Part shown: positions 24,401 through 39,400 of the stretch, in pieces
Position numbering within the stretch: position 1 is the first letter of the stretch
How the letters are laid out: every line of letters begins with the position of its first letter
Notes under the pieces: generated by a model
Database searches by the model: none
What the model saw: only the letters and a program-made list of their open reading frames with translations
What the model was told of the DNA's origin: nothing
Position numbers and translations under genes: made by a program
Assembly: GCF_037042905.1 (NCBI RefSeq)
Contig: NC_087254.1
Location: forward strand, 16,492,001 to 16,556,000
Length of the DNA stretch: 64,000 nt
DNA from: Lytechinus pictus
Taxonomy: Eukaryota
Direction: 5' to 3'

Positions 24401-27400
24401 CCAACATAGACAAAGTGATTATTGGACCGAATGACAGTCATTTGGTCCAATAATCACTTCGTCTACATGTATGTTGGTCTAATGCCCACTTTCTTATAAT
24501 TCATTTTGCCCAATTAACACTTAGTCCAATTTGGTATATGGACTAAATGGCTATTGGACCAACTGGTCATTAGATGAAATGGCAATTAAACCGTGTGGAT
24601 AGTGGGCGAACTGATGGTAGACCAAATGATAGTAGACGAGTTTGTAATTGGACGAATAGCAATGACCACTGTACATGTACATCTATGGTAATTGTGGGTC
24701 TGTAGTCTGTTATTGTAAGGTCTTTATACCAAATGGGAAGATTATCCCTTTTATTTCTTTTTGAGGTGAAATATAAATTTATACTTTTCATAATTAAGAA
24801 AGGTCAAGTTTATAATTCACTACTTATTATCTCCATGAAGTACAGACATGTACATGTGTGTCATCATCAAGTTATTGATGGACATTAATACTTGTGGTTT
24901 ATTTTTCTGTGACAAACCGAACATATGTGACCCTTAGCACCCCTCACAAGCTGTCAGACAATGCCCATTCAATATGCTAATCAATATGAAAGGACATGAA
25001 TACAAAGTGGATTACAATACCAAGTAATGTCATATAACACTAGGAGCAGACACTTTTTGCCCAAGGCTATACTGTATGTCAATCACTTAACAAAGGACTT
25101 TGCTGGTAGGCAAATGGATTCCTTCTCAAACAACAATAACAATGGCTACAAGGAAAGGGTAAAATGGAAACAAAAAGTCTGCAAAGTCCCTTAATAATTT
25201 TGCATGCTTGACTTGATAATGAAAAATTATAATCTAAATCGTAATCAATTATGGATGCTGATGAACAACGGGGAGTCTTGCGCAGTCAGTTTGTTACCAT
25301 GGAAACATGAGATGTATACGTCGTTCAGGTACTTACATATGTACTTGTAGCATCGGAGAATAAAGGGTGAAAATATTAATGCTGTCAATATACATTGACA
25401 GTATGTATTTTGAACACGGTGTCATTTTTTTAGGTTTTATGCGACTGTCAATCATTTCATTATTATTACATATATTCTGCCACTGTAGTTCTAATTTGTT
25501 TTATTTAAACAGAAAATATTTTAATCTGTATCATAGTTTGAAGTGGCAATTGATTGTGGAAGAATGATATTTGCTTCTTTCTCTGAACTATAGTGAATTA
25601 TTTATACAGAGTATATTCAAAAGTCAAGTCCAGCTCAGGAAAATGTTGATTTGAATCAATAGAGAAAAATCAGACAAGCATAATGTTGAAAATTTCATCA
25701 AAATCGGATGTAAAATAAGAAAGTTATGACATTTTAATGTTTTGCTTATTTTTCACAAAATAGTTATATGCACAATTTAGTCACATGCAAATGAGAGAAT
25801 CAGTGATATCCCTCACTCACTATTTCTTTTGTTTTTTATTGTTTGAATTATGAATACAATATTTCAATTTTTACAGATTTGACAACAAGGACCAACTTGA
25901 ATGAACCATAAAAATGTTAAAGTTGAATTAAGAAGGGGGTGGGTTCCATAAATATGGGTTCCACACACAATATATAGTATATGTCAGTTGTTCAAACAGA
26001 TAGCACGTCACAAAAATCCTCTGCCTTCTCGATATTTTGCTTTGAAAGTTCAGGGAGAAATAAAACTTTGTTTTACAGAACAATGAGGAGAAATTAGAAT
26101 ATTTGATATAATAAAATTAATAAAAAATAGTGAGGGATGTCATCAGTTCCCTCACTTGCATACCAACCGGGATATGCATATTTATAACTGTTGTGAAATT
26201 TAGTGAAACTTAAAAATGTCATAACTTTCTTATTTTACATCTGATTTTGATGAAATTTTCAGTGTTATGCTTGTTGGTGTTCTCTTTTTATTCAAGTCAA
26301 CTTTTTGCTGGGGTGGACTTGTCCTTTAAAGTGAGTAAAATGGTTTTTGTTTCCAATCAACTAGTCTACAATTAACATTAAAGATGATAACATATTCTAA
26401 AGGTTATGAAGAATGTTTTCACCACATACACCATACAGTCAAGAATACAGTTTTCTTTTCTATTTTGTTTTACATACTACTTCATGTGAAGATTTTGTTT
26501 ATTGATATAGATTTACAATGTATCTCCATGATTAGTTTTTACTCAAATATTTTTTTTTCTTGTTCCTTTTTATTTCTTTTTACAGCTTATGAGTATGGTG
26601 GAAGATATAATGAGAGAATTATCTAATATGAATCGGCAATTACAAGACCACACCAAAAATCTGTCCAATCTACAGGACAAACACGCCAACCTAGCCAGTG
26701 ATATTGAAAAGGTAAGTTGAAGTGTTTTTTCCAAATGCCAACTATTCTATACAAAATGTACAAAACAACAAAGCAGACTGATTTTCTCAAGACCTATTTT
26801 TTAATTTCTTTCTTTTTATGTGTCTAGATTGTCTACCCTTTTTCTCTCCCTTCTTTTGTCTTTCTTCATTCTTTGCTTCTTTGCTTTCTATCTCTTTTTT
26901 TAATTCTATCTTTGTTTCTATCCTGTTTTGCCCCTTTCACTTTTTTTTACTTTCTTTCTTATTAATTTTTCTTTGATTTTTCTTGCTTTTCTTCATTCCT
27001 TTTTCCATCTTTCTCTCCAGATTTTTCTTTTGGAATATATATTTATTACTTTTTCCATTTTTTTTCCTTTATAGTACATGTAGTCTATGAAGTGTTCCTG
27101 TGAATACCATTTTTTATGAATTTCTTTGAAGCACCATGTTAGAAAGTACATTTATTACAGTTTAATCATTAATAATGAACTATACAAAGTTTTTATTTTG
27201 AGCCAATATTACATGTAAGTTTCAGCAGTTATCAGCATATACATGTACTGAACCCTTATTCATTAACCAGCCCATCCATTTTTTCTATATTGATTTGTAT
27301 TTAACAATATCCTTCACTTGATTTGCATTGTAAATCATATTGTATTTCTTATTTTTGAGAAGTTTATTATCAGTATTAATTGAATCATTCTACATATTGA

Positions 27401-30400
27401 CCCTTTGTATGTAAGTCACATATTTTCTGATAATTTCTTATTCTAGTAATTATGTTTTGACTTTCATATTCAGTGTTTTTTTATCTTCGTAAATGCCTTA
27501 TACTAAGTTGTCCTTCAATCCTTTGTTCTTTGCGCCTTGAAACCTACATATAAAGTGCTTTATAAATGTTGTGTATTATTATTATTAATTTATTATCTTA
27601 TAATACCATTTTTGCAACAAATTAATACAGACCCTAATTTTGTTATGCCATTTTGTTCACAGATTAATAAATACAACAAGACTGTAGAAACAAGACTAAG
27701 CTCATTAGAAGCTTCATCAGGACAACAGGATAAAATTGATGATCTCAACAAACTCATAGTAAGTTGATATCTAATGTAGATATNNNNNNNNNNNNNNNNN
27801 NNNNNNNNNNNNNNNNNNNNNNNNNNNNNNNNNNNNNNNNNNNNNNNNNNNNNNNNNNNNNNNNNNNNNNNNNNNNNNNNNNNNNNNNNNNNNNNNNNNN
27901 NNNNNNNNNNNNNNNNNNNNNNNNNNNNNNNNNNNNNNNNNNNNNNNNNNNNNNNNNNNNNNNNNNNNNNNNNNNNNNNNNNNNNNNNNNNNNNNNNNNN
28001 NNNTAATAATATCAATGATATCAATAATAATAATGATAATAAATTGGACTTGTATTGCACCAAATCCACATCATAGAGTGTTCGAGCCACTTTTAAATAT
28101 GTGATTTTTGAACAGAAATGTTTTTAGGTGTAGTTTGAAAGATTTTGATGTTAATAATTTCATGTTCTTCAGGAAAGGCTGTTCCATAACTTACAAGATG
28201 AGTGAACAAATGATCTTTCTTTTTGGAATCTTTGATTAGTTTTGAGTTGGTTTTGTTGGTTTAATTTTAGCATGAAACCTTACTGTAAACCAGGGGAAAA
28301 TAACAGGAGTGCTTGGGTTGATTTCACCCCCAAAATGCTCAAAAGATCCATGGAAACTTTAAAAGAACCCCTGGAATATCTCCATTCACTGCAATATAAA
28401 AGCTTAACCAATGTTTTGCAGAATTAGGCAGTGGGTTATTAAAAGCAGCCCCTGTAAATATGATGTTTTTTAATAGCCTGGTGTAATTGTAACCTGCATA
28501 AATATTGTTAAATATAAATCCCGACTGTTTTTATACAACTACAATGTGCTGCTCTGCCATTCAAAATCAAGGATTTCTCTTTTATGATCATTGAAAGATA
28601 ACTTGTTATTAATTACAAGTGTGCTTAAAAACAATGTTTATTGATTCTTATATCTTGAACCTAAATTTTATGAAATATTTCATATAGTTTGAGATACTCG
28701 GTGAATGCATATGACTGTTTATTTTGGGGTATTATTAGTATTAAACCAAGTTAATCCTTGCAATTGAAAAACAGAAATCATGATCTTGAAAAAGGTAGTG
28801 TCCATGACATTTCAAACCTTAATATAGGGAATCCATTCTCATGGGGCTCGAGTCTTTAGCTCCAAGGCCTAATTATAATGCATCACTGATTTTTACAAAA
28901 GTACATGTACATTAAAAAGCTAGGGTGACCTGGGGGCACTTCATGAAAGGATTTGTCAGATGTTTTATCCAACATTTAGTTAACAGTGCCTTTCAGCCAA
29001 TCAGAACCAAGGAAAGTTGTCAGAATCTAACAACTTGTCGGACAAAAATGTTGATGAAACGCTCCTCTGAGAATATCAATATCATTACAAAATGGCCATG
29101 TATTTTATTAATGTATGATCACTTTGCCTAATTTATAGAGTGAGACGGATGTTCAGAAAGTGAGTGCTTTATACCTCAGTCATATTTGCTCTACGGCGGC
29201 TGTACGGCGAGTCGAAAACAGCTGATTTATTAATTTTTATTCAAACCATCTATATGTAGCTATTACAAATAAATGTTGACACTGCTGTTTTCGACTCGCC
29301 GTGCTGCCGCCGTAGAGCGATTGTGACTGCATGTATTAATGACTGCGTGTACAGTAGTTTGATATGTTACATTAAGCATTGCCATTTGCATGCATTGACA
29401 TGTACTGAAAACCTGTTTTGTTACGAACATGATCAGAATTGAATTAAATTGAATTAGAAAACCTTTATTTCTACATTGTATGTGATGCACTTTATCATTT
29501 TGATAGCTATGGAAAAGTTGAGAATAACTGTAATATACATGTATACAGCATATCTTAACCACCAACAGTCAACCTTTTCAGTTCATTTTCTGGTTAAGCA
29601 ACCTCTTCACTCTCTGGTTACATTTCACAAATATTTCATTTTGTTCTTTTTTATCAACTGTTCAAATGAAAAACATATAGTTTAGGATATCGTTAGGGAT
29701 ATCTCCCTACATTAGGTAAATTTACGACATGTAGCCGTATTAACTGTTGTTAGAAAGTCATGTTATCTTGTCCTATGCAACGTGTCATGTACACCTGTCA
29801 TTTCATCCAAGACAACACACAGTCTTTTGTTTCCTAATATAAACAGCTGGAAATTCGAATGCAGGGGTGCTGATTTTAGCTTTAAAACTGAAAGGATCTT
29901 TGCATAAAATAAAAGGACCTTTGTCCATAATCACAAAAGTATCATGTTGCCTTTGAACAGACAATAACCATTGTTCACAAGTTAATATTTATCAGAAAGT
30001 GTGTATTCAAGTATCATGTTGCTTTTGAAGTCTAGACAAATAGCTTGAACACAAGTCAATGTTTATCAACAAAGACTATTTGATATTGCTTCTTGTTGAA
30101 AGTAATATAAGAGATTTTATTACAATGTCAGGTACGCTTTACAGTAGCCTTGGCCCTAGGTATTAATATAACAGTGCTGCACAAGTTATTTTCAACTTTC
30201 ATTAGACCTTTAGATGACCCATATCAGTGCATGACTTTTAATGTACAAGTTTAAATCTTCATTGAATTTGACTTCTCAAAGGGCCTTTTCACATGTGAAT
30301 CTTGAATCATCATTGTAATGATGATTGCAATTCATCTTCAGAATCATCCTACCTTTCACACGGAAAATTTGTACTTTAATTGAGTGAAACTTAAACTGGA

Positions 30401-33400
30401 ATTCACCTCCTGAGTAGAATTTGAATTCGTGATTTTAATAGCGTTCATGATTTTAGCTTGGTTTCAAACGTGCTAAAAATTCGTCATTAGCCTTATTTTT
30501 CACTAGAATCATTCAACGTACAATTTTTTTACCCTGTATGTGAAAGGGCGGAATGTCTGTGTACATTGTACTGTACATGGATGTTTTGTTTCAGAATTCC
30601 AGACTTTTTATTTATACAGTATGTATCTTGAAAATTCTTGATAGATAGTTACAAAGCCTTTTCTCACCTATCATGTGTAATTATCCGAGCACTGCTTTTC
30701 TTTTTAAAAATCTTGTCCACAATAGATTTGCTTAATCACAGATAAGGTAATCTTTACAAATGTATTTACATGTACCGGTAGTCGTATTCTAAATTGACCT
30801 TTGTAATGATCCATAGCTATGCATATGGAATTATTTGCACAGCTCACGTACATGTAATTATCAATTTTGATTTTGATATTTGACAAATGAATGCATGTTC
30901 TGACTGATCAATTCTTCCAAATTGTATTTCCCTTTTGAGTCATAGAGAGATAACCTTCGACACTGTGTATACACACAGCATATACACAGATTTGAATTAT
31001 TCAATGTTTTGTTTTAAAAGAAATCTATTCCTAAAGATTTGCACTCTCAAGCTAACATGCACACCGCATTATTTTATCATCATTTGAAGTACATGTACCT
31101 GCATGGGAAATACTTCTCTGTATATTAGAAAAAAAATGATTGTCCAAATATTGTAAATTTTTATCATCAATGGTTTTCGGTGAGGGCTTGCATGCCTCTG
31201 CACAAAGGTTTTGAATTTTAATAACATTTTGCGAGCCCCGGCCCATGGATGATAACATCCTTTTTTTTCTGTCATACTTTTATGTAATTATTTGAATTAT
31301 ATCTTTGTGCATTGTACAATTTCTTTGTTGAGGAAATAGAAGATAATTCTTAGAATAAATTAACATGACCATCCATTCAAAATAGTGGAATGATTTTCCT
31401 TTTTATTAGAGACGTCGGTCTCCATCACTAAATTATATTCAGAAAAGCATTAAAAACCCATTTTTGGTAGTTTGTAGTTCTATAGTCACACAGCCTATAT
31501 TGGGAAAAATGCAGTATAATAGAAATGATTACTAATAAATGCTTTTGTGTTGAATATTCAATAGGAGGAACTAAGGAACCAGTTAGCATTGTTGCCTCAA
31601 GTGGAAGAGATCGTGACATGGCCTGACTTTGAAGCAGCCCTGAAAGGAGCGTATAGAGAACCGATTGATCATTCAGACTCAGCGATGCAAACTGTACCTT
31701 CAGATGTAAGTAAAGCCTACAGCAACGAGGCCCTCGGATGGTCAAAACAAAATCCCAGAAGGAAAAACCAGTTCCACTGGACCAGTAAGACCAGTAGAAT
31801 TTTAACTGGTAACTCTGGAAATTGGAACATCGGTTTACTTGTCTAACTGGTCATACTGGTCCAGTTAAAAATTAAACTGGTCTTGAATTACTGGAATTTT
31901 ATACTGGTCTTATTTCTGGTGGTTGTTACTGGTCTCACTGGTCTTCATACTGGTCTTCAAGCTGGTCTTCAAGCTGGTCTTTACTGGTATTTTCTACTGA
32001 TCTGACTGATCCTCGAACTGGTCGAACTGGTCTTACTGGATCTCTTTATTACATGCATTTGGTTTGTTATATACTATGGTAAGTGAAATGTGATGGAAAA
32101 GATGGTTAGTAAATTAATCTTTCTGCTGTTATTCTAAATGTGATATATGAAATTACACACTTTCATTGTGAAGTAGTTCACACACTTATTTGGAAAGTTT
32201 TTAAACAACTATGAGTGCCATTGCAAGGATATTCCATTCTAAATCCTGATTTTTCTTTTTAAAATAGGAAATATGCAAATGAGGTAAACCACGTGATCAG
32301 CATCATCAGAATAACTGGTATTACTGGTCTTGACCAGTTCAATTTCAAACAATGAATTACTTTAGACCAGTTGACTATATCAGAGGAATATATCTTGCAT
32401 TGATCTTAATCATAATTAAAGGAAATAATTATTTTAATGATAATGTTAATACTTGATAATTATGATAATATTAATAACAATAATTACAATATCGATAACA
32501 ATGATAACAGTAATAAGAATGATAACAACAATGATCATAATAATCATAATAATAATAATTATGATAATTATAAGAAAAAATGATGATAACAATGATAACG
32601 ATAGTAACTTTCTCTGAATTGCAAGATTCATTTTCCATAATTCGTCAAATGATTTGACTCGAGATAAAGTCATTATTTATTGGACCAGTAACACCAGTTT
32701 GATGAATAACAATTTAACTGGTATTACTACTTTACTTCATTTGGAATGCAATTGTTTGAACTGGTCTAGTTGATTTTTACTGGTCCAGTTAAAAATCAAC
32801 TGGTCCAGTAAACATATACTGGAAACCAATATAAATCTACTGGAAACCATTTATTGGACCAGAAACACCAGTTTGATGAAAAACAATTTAACTGGTATTA
32901 CTAATTGAGCTTCAACTGGAATGCAATTGTTGGAACTGGGGGGGCTCCATGCAGTTGATTTTTACTGGTCCAGTTAAAAATCAACTGGCCCAGTAAAAAT
33001 ATACTGGAAACCAGTAAAATTCTACTGGAAACCAGTAAAAATTCTTACTGGTCTTACTGGTTTTTCCTTCTGGGATGGTCTGAATATCAAGCCTACCGGG
33101 GGGCTGAATTGAAGTGTGTGTTGTGAGGCAGTGCCACAAGACCCATACAAAACCTCTCTTGATCAATGTGGAATTAAACATGCTTTTCATATTTGCTTTA
33201 GAACTTACTGGTACATTTAGTAGGATGGTTTGCCTTTTCTGTTTATTTTTTTTTATTAGAATAACACATTTTTCTAAACATATTCTCAAACAAATTTGCA
33301 GAGCCAGTCATTATGACAAATCCCTCACTACTTTATTTGAATTGACTTGTGTATCCTTTTTCTCTATTTGATTATTGCTTTGAGATTGTAAAATTTGTGG

Positions 33401-36400
33401 TTTTTCATTTTGTTATAGCCTATTTCAAGTTTTGAGGAATCCCACAAAAGTGCATGTGACTTTTCCATTTCATATTATATGAATGCGTATGCCCTAAGGC
33501 AAAATGATTGAAAGTTGGATTATACTCTAGTACATGTACTACATGTAAATATTCAAAATTTATCAATTGACCCTTTACCAAATCATAATTAGGCCAGGCT
33601 GTAGAATGGTCCATAAGACCTTTCTTGGTTTTTGATACACTGGGCATTGTAATGATTGGCTGTACAACAATAGCACATTTTCATATTTCTGTTTTTTTTT
33701 TTCATTTTATAACCTCCATGGAAAGAGAAGATAATATATTCAACAAATATACTGTACTTAGAAATAAATTGATAAATTTTTGGTGATATTATTTTATTAC
33801 TCAGCCTAGTAGTCTGCAGTCTCATGCATAGCAATTTGCATTATGTTTCATATTGATGCAATCTGTTCAGTGTATATATACCCCAGCAGTGGCGGACCGT
33901 GACCCTGAGGAGACAAAGCATTGGAGGGGCACAGCATTGTTCACAAATAATACAGTGCCCCTCCAATGCTTTGTCTCATCCGGGTCACGTTACGCCACTG
34001 TACCCCAGATAGATGTGTGTTCTATGATTTTATGTGAATACACATGTATAGGATCTAAATATTCAATGCATATGCAACCCATCACTCATATAGCATAGCG
34101 ACATTTCTTTCTCGTTATTTCCACCACTCTGTATTTGAATGGTATTGTGTTAAAGAAGAACTGTCCAAGATTTTTAGACCATGTACACATATTTTACAGA
34201 AAGTATTTTTGTAGTCATATACTGATGAAACTGGTTTTATTCTATCACATCGTTTTGTTCTTCGAAGAAGATATTTGTGTATTTTGTAGAGCTGTATGGG
34301 GTAGCTGAATGTGTCAAGTTATTTGTGTATCACATTGTTTTTGTTCTTCTAGCACTCAAGAGTCCAGACAGCACCTTTAAATCATGCCTCTGCTCAGACC
34401 ACTGTAAGTTTTTTCCTCTTCGTGTTCTACAAAAATGTGACTTTATTGCTCATCCCCAGAAATGTTTTTAATATTGGATTTGTAAAAGGTCAACAGTCAT
34501 TGTGGCTTCAAAAATTGAAATTTAAAAATGGTTTGATAGAGTATATCTTCCTCAACCTACTCTTTTAAAAATAAGATGTCATAGAATTCAACCAAGTGTA
34601 AGATACACAAGCATCAAGCTTTTCCCACAACTACCGAGAATTTTTTGCAAACTTTGCACATTTTATTCTTCGATGAACCGCAACCTCAGACTATTTTTTT
34701 TCCTTCTCCATGTATGAATCTGTCTCTAAAACTTGATAAAAGAAATACATGTACCTGCAGATTTCATTCTGGCTGGTGCCAGTTTTGAGCAAGGAGGGTC
34801 ACAAATGTAAAAATGTGCTAGTTTTAAAAAGCTATCGCTTAACAAACTGGCACAATATGTCTGTAATTACAAATTTTGTCAACCTCTGTCTTTTACCTTT
34901 GTCAAAAGTTTAACAAACAACATGTCATACAGATGACTGTTATCTGTAATTATACTGTAGTATCCCTTAGCAACCAGTATCCCATCGTGCCTTTCAGCTC
35001 CCTGCCACCCTAACATCGTCCAATTATCTGTTTGCTTAAGTCTCCCAGCAGAACCATTAATGGCATTTTAACTACTTATCACCACGTTGAGTCCCATGTG
35101 GCATGTCAAAGTAAAGTGGCTTTTGACTGTGTCAATATTGGCCTTTTGCTTCATTTTTTTAAATTGTGGAAATGTCATGATCCTTAAAACAGAAGTTCTA
35201 AGGAAGATAATTGATTATTCTGTAATGTTGAGTTCCTTTAATTTTTGTTGTTCTTGATTTTTAAAAATATACATATTGATCTGTGTATGTTCAGAAATGA
35301 TTTCCAGTGTCCTGAATTTGTATTTCCCCAAGGTAACATATTAGGTCCATGCTTCTTTTTTTTCCAGACCCCCATTCCTCCCACACCTTCACCACCGCCC
35401 TCCCGTCCAGTATCAAGTAGGTCCATGCGTTCAGCAGTGTCTTCTGCCTCTCTACACCCAACCCAAGAGATCCAGAGGGTCTTGAGACAGCTCGGGGAAC
35501 TTACCGGAAAACACGATTCCCTTGAAGGAAGGGTCCAAATACTTGAGGTAAGTTCAACTTTAAAAGGTTGTCTAAATGATTGTATGTTTCAGAATTATTG
35601 GTTCCTTTTTTTTTGTTGAATAGAATTTGGAGCCTTGTTTTATAGGATGTTCTAGGTTTCTTCTGATCCCATGCATGGAAAATTTACATTGGGGTTTGGG
35701 CTATTAGCCCCGAAATGCTCAACAAGAGCCCTGGTAAATCCCCATTCACTTCAATGTTTAATAACTTTTATTCAGTGTTTCAAGTTTAGGCAGTAGGTTG
35801 TGAAATGTAGCTCAAAAAAATTTAAAAATGTATATTTTTTGCCTGATACGAAGGCATTATTTTGGCAAGAAATCAAGTTTTGTTTGCTTCACCCTTCTGT
35901 CTCTCTCTTTTTTTTAAATACAGGAAAATCAAATTGATAGTACTTAGTAACACTCTTTTTAAAAACTTGTGAAGACTATGTTTTAAATAATGTACATTTA
36001 AAAAGTAGAATTTTTCTGGTATTTACACCTAATATAGGCTACTAATTCCTCATCATTTCTTTGCAGACTTACCATTTATCGTCAGGGAATTAATTCACCA
36101 AACATGAAAATTGAGTTTCAACAGATGGAATTTTTTTTTTTTCTATAATGTTTATTTTTCTTACCGACATCAACTTCAAATAACTGTATTGCTGTTCCTT
36201 AAAAATCTAGGACCTCATGTCCAAGAAGGCTGACATGTCAGAAGTTGAAGCCCTATTATCACAATCAAACGTTCCAGGAGACTTGGCTAATAAGCTGGCT
36301 GAATTAGAGGAAGGACTGAACCATCTTAGAGACAGCAAAGCAAAGGTAGGAACACTGCTTGAGGGACTGTCAACTTTTTTTTATTATACAAGCTATTTAT

Positions 36401-39400
36401 GCTTGCTAAAAGTGCTATTGAAAATATGCTGCTATCATCTCACAAAGGATTTATAAACCTATAATCTCGCAAAAAGCAATATGAAGGCCATAACATTTAC
36501 ATTCATTATGACCTTTGAATTAGTTATAAAATCTGTGTCTAGATGGAACTTGTATAGTATTGAATTGGATTTTGAAATCAATTTCTTTGATTAATCAGAA
36601 CATTTGCCTGATCTCTTCATGGCTTTTATTCTGTGTTATAATCATATTGTTACGCATTTTTCATCTGCTTGTTACAGGAATATTCTGTGTTTCTATATAT
36701 CAGCAATTTAAAAAATGTGATCAAATGCATTTGATGGGACTTCTCCAGTTGATATTAAAACTGATTAATGTGTGTGACTAATTAGACTTTATTAGATGTA
36801 GCTTCTTCACAGAAAAATATCAATATGGTGCTTATAGCAATTCTAATTTTCTTAATAATAATTGCAAATCTTTCTATATATCTCCTAATCCTGAGATTGA
36901 CCTTGTATCCCCTTAATTAATTTTCAAGATGCACTTAACATTCTTAAAATACTAATCTTGAAAGCAGTCTGATTCTTTACTTCCTAATTAAACTCTAATG
37001 ATCCCTATATATAAATGTGCTCATTTTGAGATTTAAAAATGTATTTCCTCTAGAAAAAAGTTTTAAAATGACTCCATACTAGGCATAGAAGCACTGCTCT
37101 GTTTTCTTTTGAAGTTCTTCATTTAAAGAATTTCGTTAGAGAAATATTAAAGTTCTGGTAATTGCAGAATACATTTAAGAAAAGAAGAAATTAAAAAAAA
37201 AATTTGATTAATGACTTGAGTGCCTGAAAATGAAGGGTAATTTATAATTTGATGTGACTTAGCTGGATGCCTTAGAAGAGCGGCTACGAAGCCAAAGCGA
37301 CAGTTGTGCCGTGACGTTTGAAGATTTGGCAGCTCTGCGTCAAGAATTAGAGCAGGCCATATCGGACCTTGCCGAGGCGCAGGATGCCCTTGCTAGGGAT
37401 GTCTCCAACATTGGCACAGTCGAACCATCTTCACAGGGGGATAACGGCCGGGTTAGTTTTTTGTTTTAAGAGTGGGCTTTCTATCTGAAAAAGGTTATCG
37501 TGTATTTTGACACATTTATATGTTTTTATGAAAACATTCCCTAGAAAAATCAGTATTTGAATTCATTTGTAGATATTCTATCACCATAATACCCTCAAAT
37601 ATTCCACTAGATGATTTTTTTGTGGTTTTGATAGTTTTCACGTTATTTTCCCATGAAAAAAAAAAGTTATTACATCATATTTTTGACAAATTTCAGAAGT
37701 TATGACACTACTTTCTGACATGCTATAAAGGCAATGAGGTTGTCTTGTTTTCTTTTGAAATGGTGGTTTTGATATCCGCTTCTTAAATCTGTTTTTATGC
37801 ACATTGTCAGAATCACAGACAGGCCAAATGAAATTTGTTATTAGTGTGCTGTTCTGTACGTTTGCAGTTCTGTACGGTTGGCTACGAGATGGGACATGAT
37901 TGTATGCATACATGTATAATGTAGACCCCAGAAAAAAGACGAAAAAAACATGTTTTTAGATTGAGATATCACAGTCAAATATGCTTTGCTTTAATAAATC
38001 TAACAAAATTCTATGAAAGAAATATTCTCTTTGATTTGACACCAAATACTCATATTCAGTTATTCACACAAACTACTGAAGAATATGAGAAAAACAATTT
38101 GCAGAGCAATTCACATGATAGTGAGATCTAGCAACAAAAACATGACAAGTTTTTCTGCGTAAGTTAATTTTCACCATGAAACTTCATGTCATATTAGGTA
38201 TCAAAATATAGAAGAAAAGTAGAATTTTATGATGATTCAAATGAAAAAAAAAATTATTATTAACCTATGTTGAATAAAAACGTCCTGGAGCCCATAACAC
38301 AAAGCTTAGCAATGATTGATTTCATGATTGATTGCAATGACTACAATGTACAATCAATCGTAAAAATCAAGCGTACGATCAATCGTTTTGGAACATTCTG
38401 AACTGACAAGGTTTAGAGGGGCAAAACATCATCCACACATAATGGATCATCTCTCCATATTTTTTTCTTATCTTAGAATTTCTGATTCCACTCTGAAGCG
38501 ATTTCTAATTTCAACCATGTTCGATAATACTTCTTTTTTTCACTCATACAATATTTTATTAATGATCCTTCATTCACACTAGACCCTTTCTCAATCTGTT
38601 TACATACATGCAATTGATAAGAGTGAAGTTATACAGATCTTTCAGATATTTTCCCTCTTTATATCAATATAATAATTTGAAATTACAATGGGGTAGTAGT
38701 ATTGTGTGTTTACCATAGTAAAAAAAAAATTAATCAAGAGACGCTCATACATGTACATTGTGTGAATACTTTAATGTGAATACTTTCTGTATTTGAATCT
38801 GTTGCTGTGATACTAATTATTTGTGTGTTACTAACGAGTCGTTCTCATTTCCATTTCTCCTTTTCTCCTCAATTCATTTCCCCTATCTCTCTCCTTCAAT
38901 GCCTACTCTTCTCCTCTTCATCCTCCAATTTTATTTATGAATTATCTATCATTTTAATTTCCTTATGACCATACCGCCTTTCACATCCTACCTTTTGAAA
39001 CCTCACAACATACTTCCTGTGCCTTAAACATCCTGCATTTCAAAACTCACCGACATACTTTCATGTCTGCTTCGTAATTTCCTGACAACCCATTGAACGT
39101 ATCCTAATGAATCTCTCCATAATTTTTAACTGAAAAATATCTGCCACCTGCACCTTTCTTTTACTTTGTTGTTTTTGTTTAAATGTATTTCTTGTTATTG
39201 GATTTCTTCTGTAAAATTTCTGCCACCCTCTCCCAATTTTCCCCCCACTTGAAATTAATTTTTGTTCATATTAACGTACATGTACCAATTGAACTTTATC
39301 TTATACGCAATTTCTGTTGACGCCTCGCATGTTCTGACCCGTTTCTCTCACACATGCGTGTGTGTGTTATATTGATTTGCTCCTTCATCACACGCAATCT

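Noticed and set aside
29681-29715. AG...GT bounded mini-exon candidate
   Set aside because: It either shifts frame (35 nt) or contains an in-frame TAG (30 nt).
31780-32040. CRISPR-like short repeats
   Set aside because: Eukaryotic context, irregular pentamer repeats without unique spacers, and enclosed by TIRs.
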